From: Heterodontus francisci
Lineage: Eukaryota
Direction of reading: 5' to 3'
NCBI RefSeq assembly: GCF_036365525.1
Contig: NC_090396.1
Coordinates: 40,908,689-40,972,688 of the forward strand
Length of the DNA: 64,000 bases
This document shows, piece after piece, positions 62,889-64,000 of this stretch (positions are counted from its first letter, which is position 1; the number at the start of each line of letters is the position of its first letter). The position numbers were made by a program, and so were the translations under genes. The notes under the pieces are model-generated. The model saw only the letters and a list, made by a program, of their open reading frames with translations, was not told the DNA's origin and searched no databases.

Positions 62889-64000
62889 ATCATAGAATCA
62901 TAGAAAGTTTAAGGCACAGAAAAAGGCCACTTGGCCCATTGTGTCTGTGCCAGCTGAAAAACGATCCACCTATTCTAATCCCACCTTCCAGCATTTGGTC
63001 CGTAGCCCTGCAGATTACAGCACTTGAGGTGCATATCCAAACGCCTTTTGAATGAGTTGAGGGTCTCTGCCTCAACTACCCTTTCAGGCATTGAGTTCCA
63101 GACCATCACCACTCTCTGGGTGAAAATGTTTTTCCTCATCTCCCTTCCAATTTTTCTACCAATCACTTTAAATCTATGCCCCCTCATCACTGACCTCTCT
63201 GCTCAGGTGAATTGACGTTTCACCTCCACTCTATCCAGGCCCCTAAAGATTTTGTACATTTCAATCAGATTGCCCCTCAGCCTTCTCTGTTCCAAGGAGA
63301 ACAACCCCAGCCTATCCAATCTTTCCTCATAGCTGCATTTTTCCAGTCCCAAAAACATCCTTGTAAATCTCCTCTGTACCCTCTCTAGTGCAATTACATC
63401 CTTTCTGTAATGAGGTGACCAGAACTGCACACAGTACTCAAGTTGTGGCCTAACCTCCCTGCTCTTGTAATTTATACCTCGACTAATAAAGGAAAGGATT
63501 CTATATGCCTGCTTAACCACCTTATCGACCTGTCCTGCTACCTTCAGGGATCTGTGGACATTCACTGCAAGGTCCCTCACTTCCTCTACATGTCTCAGTA
63601 TTTTCCCATTAATCGTGTATTCCTTTGCCTTGTTTGACCTCTCCAAATGCATCACCTCACACTTCTCCAAATTGAATTCCATTTGCCCATCTGACCAGAC
63701 CATCAATATCTTCCTGCAGCTTACAGCTATCCTCCTCGCTAACAACCACACGGCCAATCTTAGTGTCATCCGCAAACCTCTTGATCATGGCTGCTACCTT
63801 TATGCCCAAATCGTTAATATACACCACAAAAAGCAAGGGACCCAGGCCACAGGAAACTGCCCTCCACTCGCTAAAACAGCCGTCAACTATTACCCTTTTT
63901 TTCCTGCCACTGAGCCAATTTTGTATCCACCTTGCTGCATTTCCCTGGATCCCATGGGATTTTATGTTTCTAACCAGTCTGCTATTTGGGACCTTGTCAA
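62889..64000 (-). mobile_element. CR1 LINE 3' portion (runs off the window)
   Basis: FADDTK, RPQLEYCVQFW, RGHRFK and (TTCTATGA)n tail on the minus strand. Confidence 0.92.

Overview
Eukaryotic, repeat-rich vertebrate genomic DNA, almost certainly from a shark (HE1-type V-SINEs, HER1/CR1 LINEs, SacSINE1-like DeuSINE). One host gene is recognisable: a four-exon CD7-like receptor on the + strand (CDS join 2958-3024, 20146-20484, 22902-23035, 33771-33872; 213 aa; signal peptide, IgV lacking the C-strand Trp, short Cys-rich stalk, TM, cytoplasmic SVYEDM). About 90% of its third intron is a 9.6-kb array of 25-bp repeats with ~1.2-1.3 kb higher-order structure. Downstream lies a 5.9-kb internally deleted endogenous retrovirus (40768-46694). 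It has 436-bp LTRs, a GACAC 5-bp TSD and a tRNA-Ser PBS, and combines an intact myristoylated matrix-like ORF with an Env remnant resembling the lokiretrovirus/foamy type; this is the most unusual element in the window. The rest is degenerate mobile DNA: CR1 LINEs (one near full length), a single-ORF LINE with a tRNA-derived head, Gypsy elements, Harbinger transposons and MITEs, SINEs, and short Penelope-type insertions carrying hammerhead ribozyme remnants. Family assignments rest on motif recognition by eye; no database searches were run.
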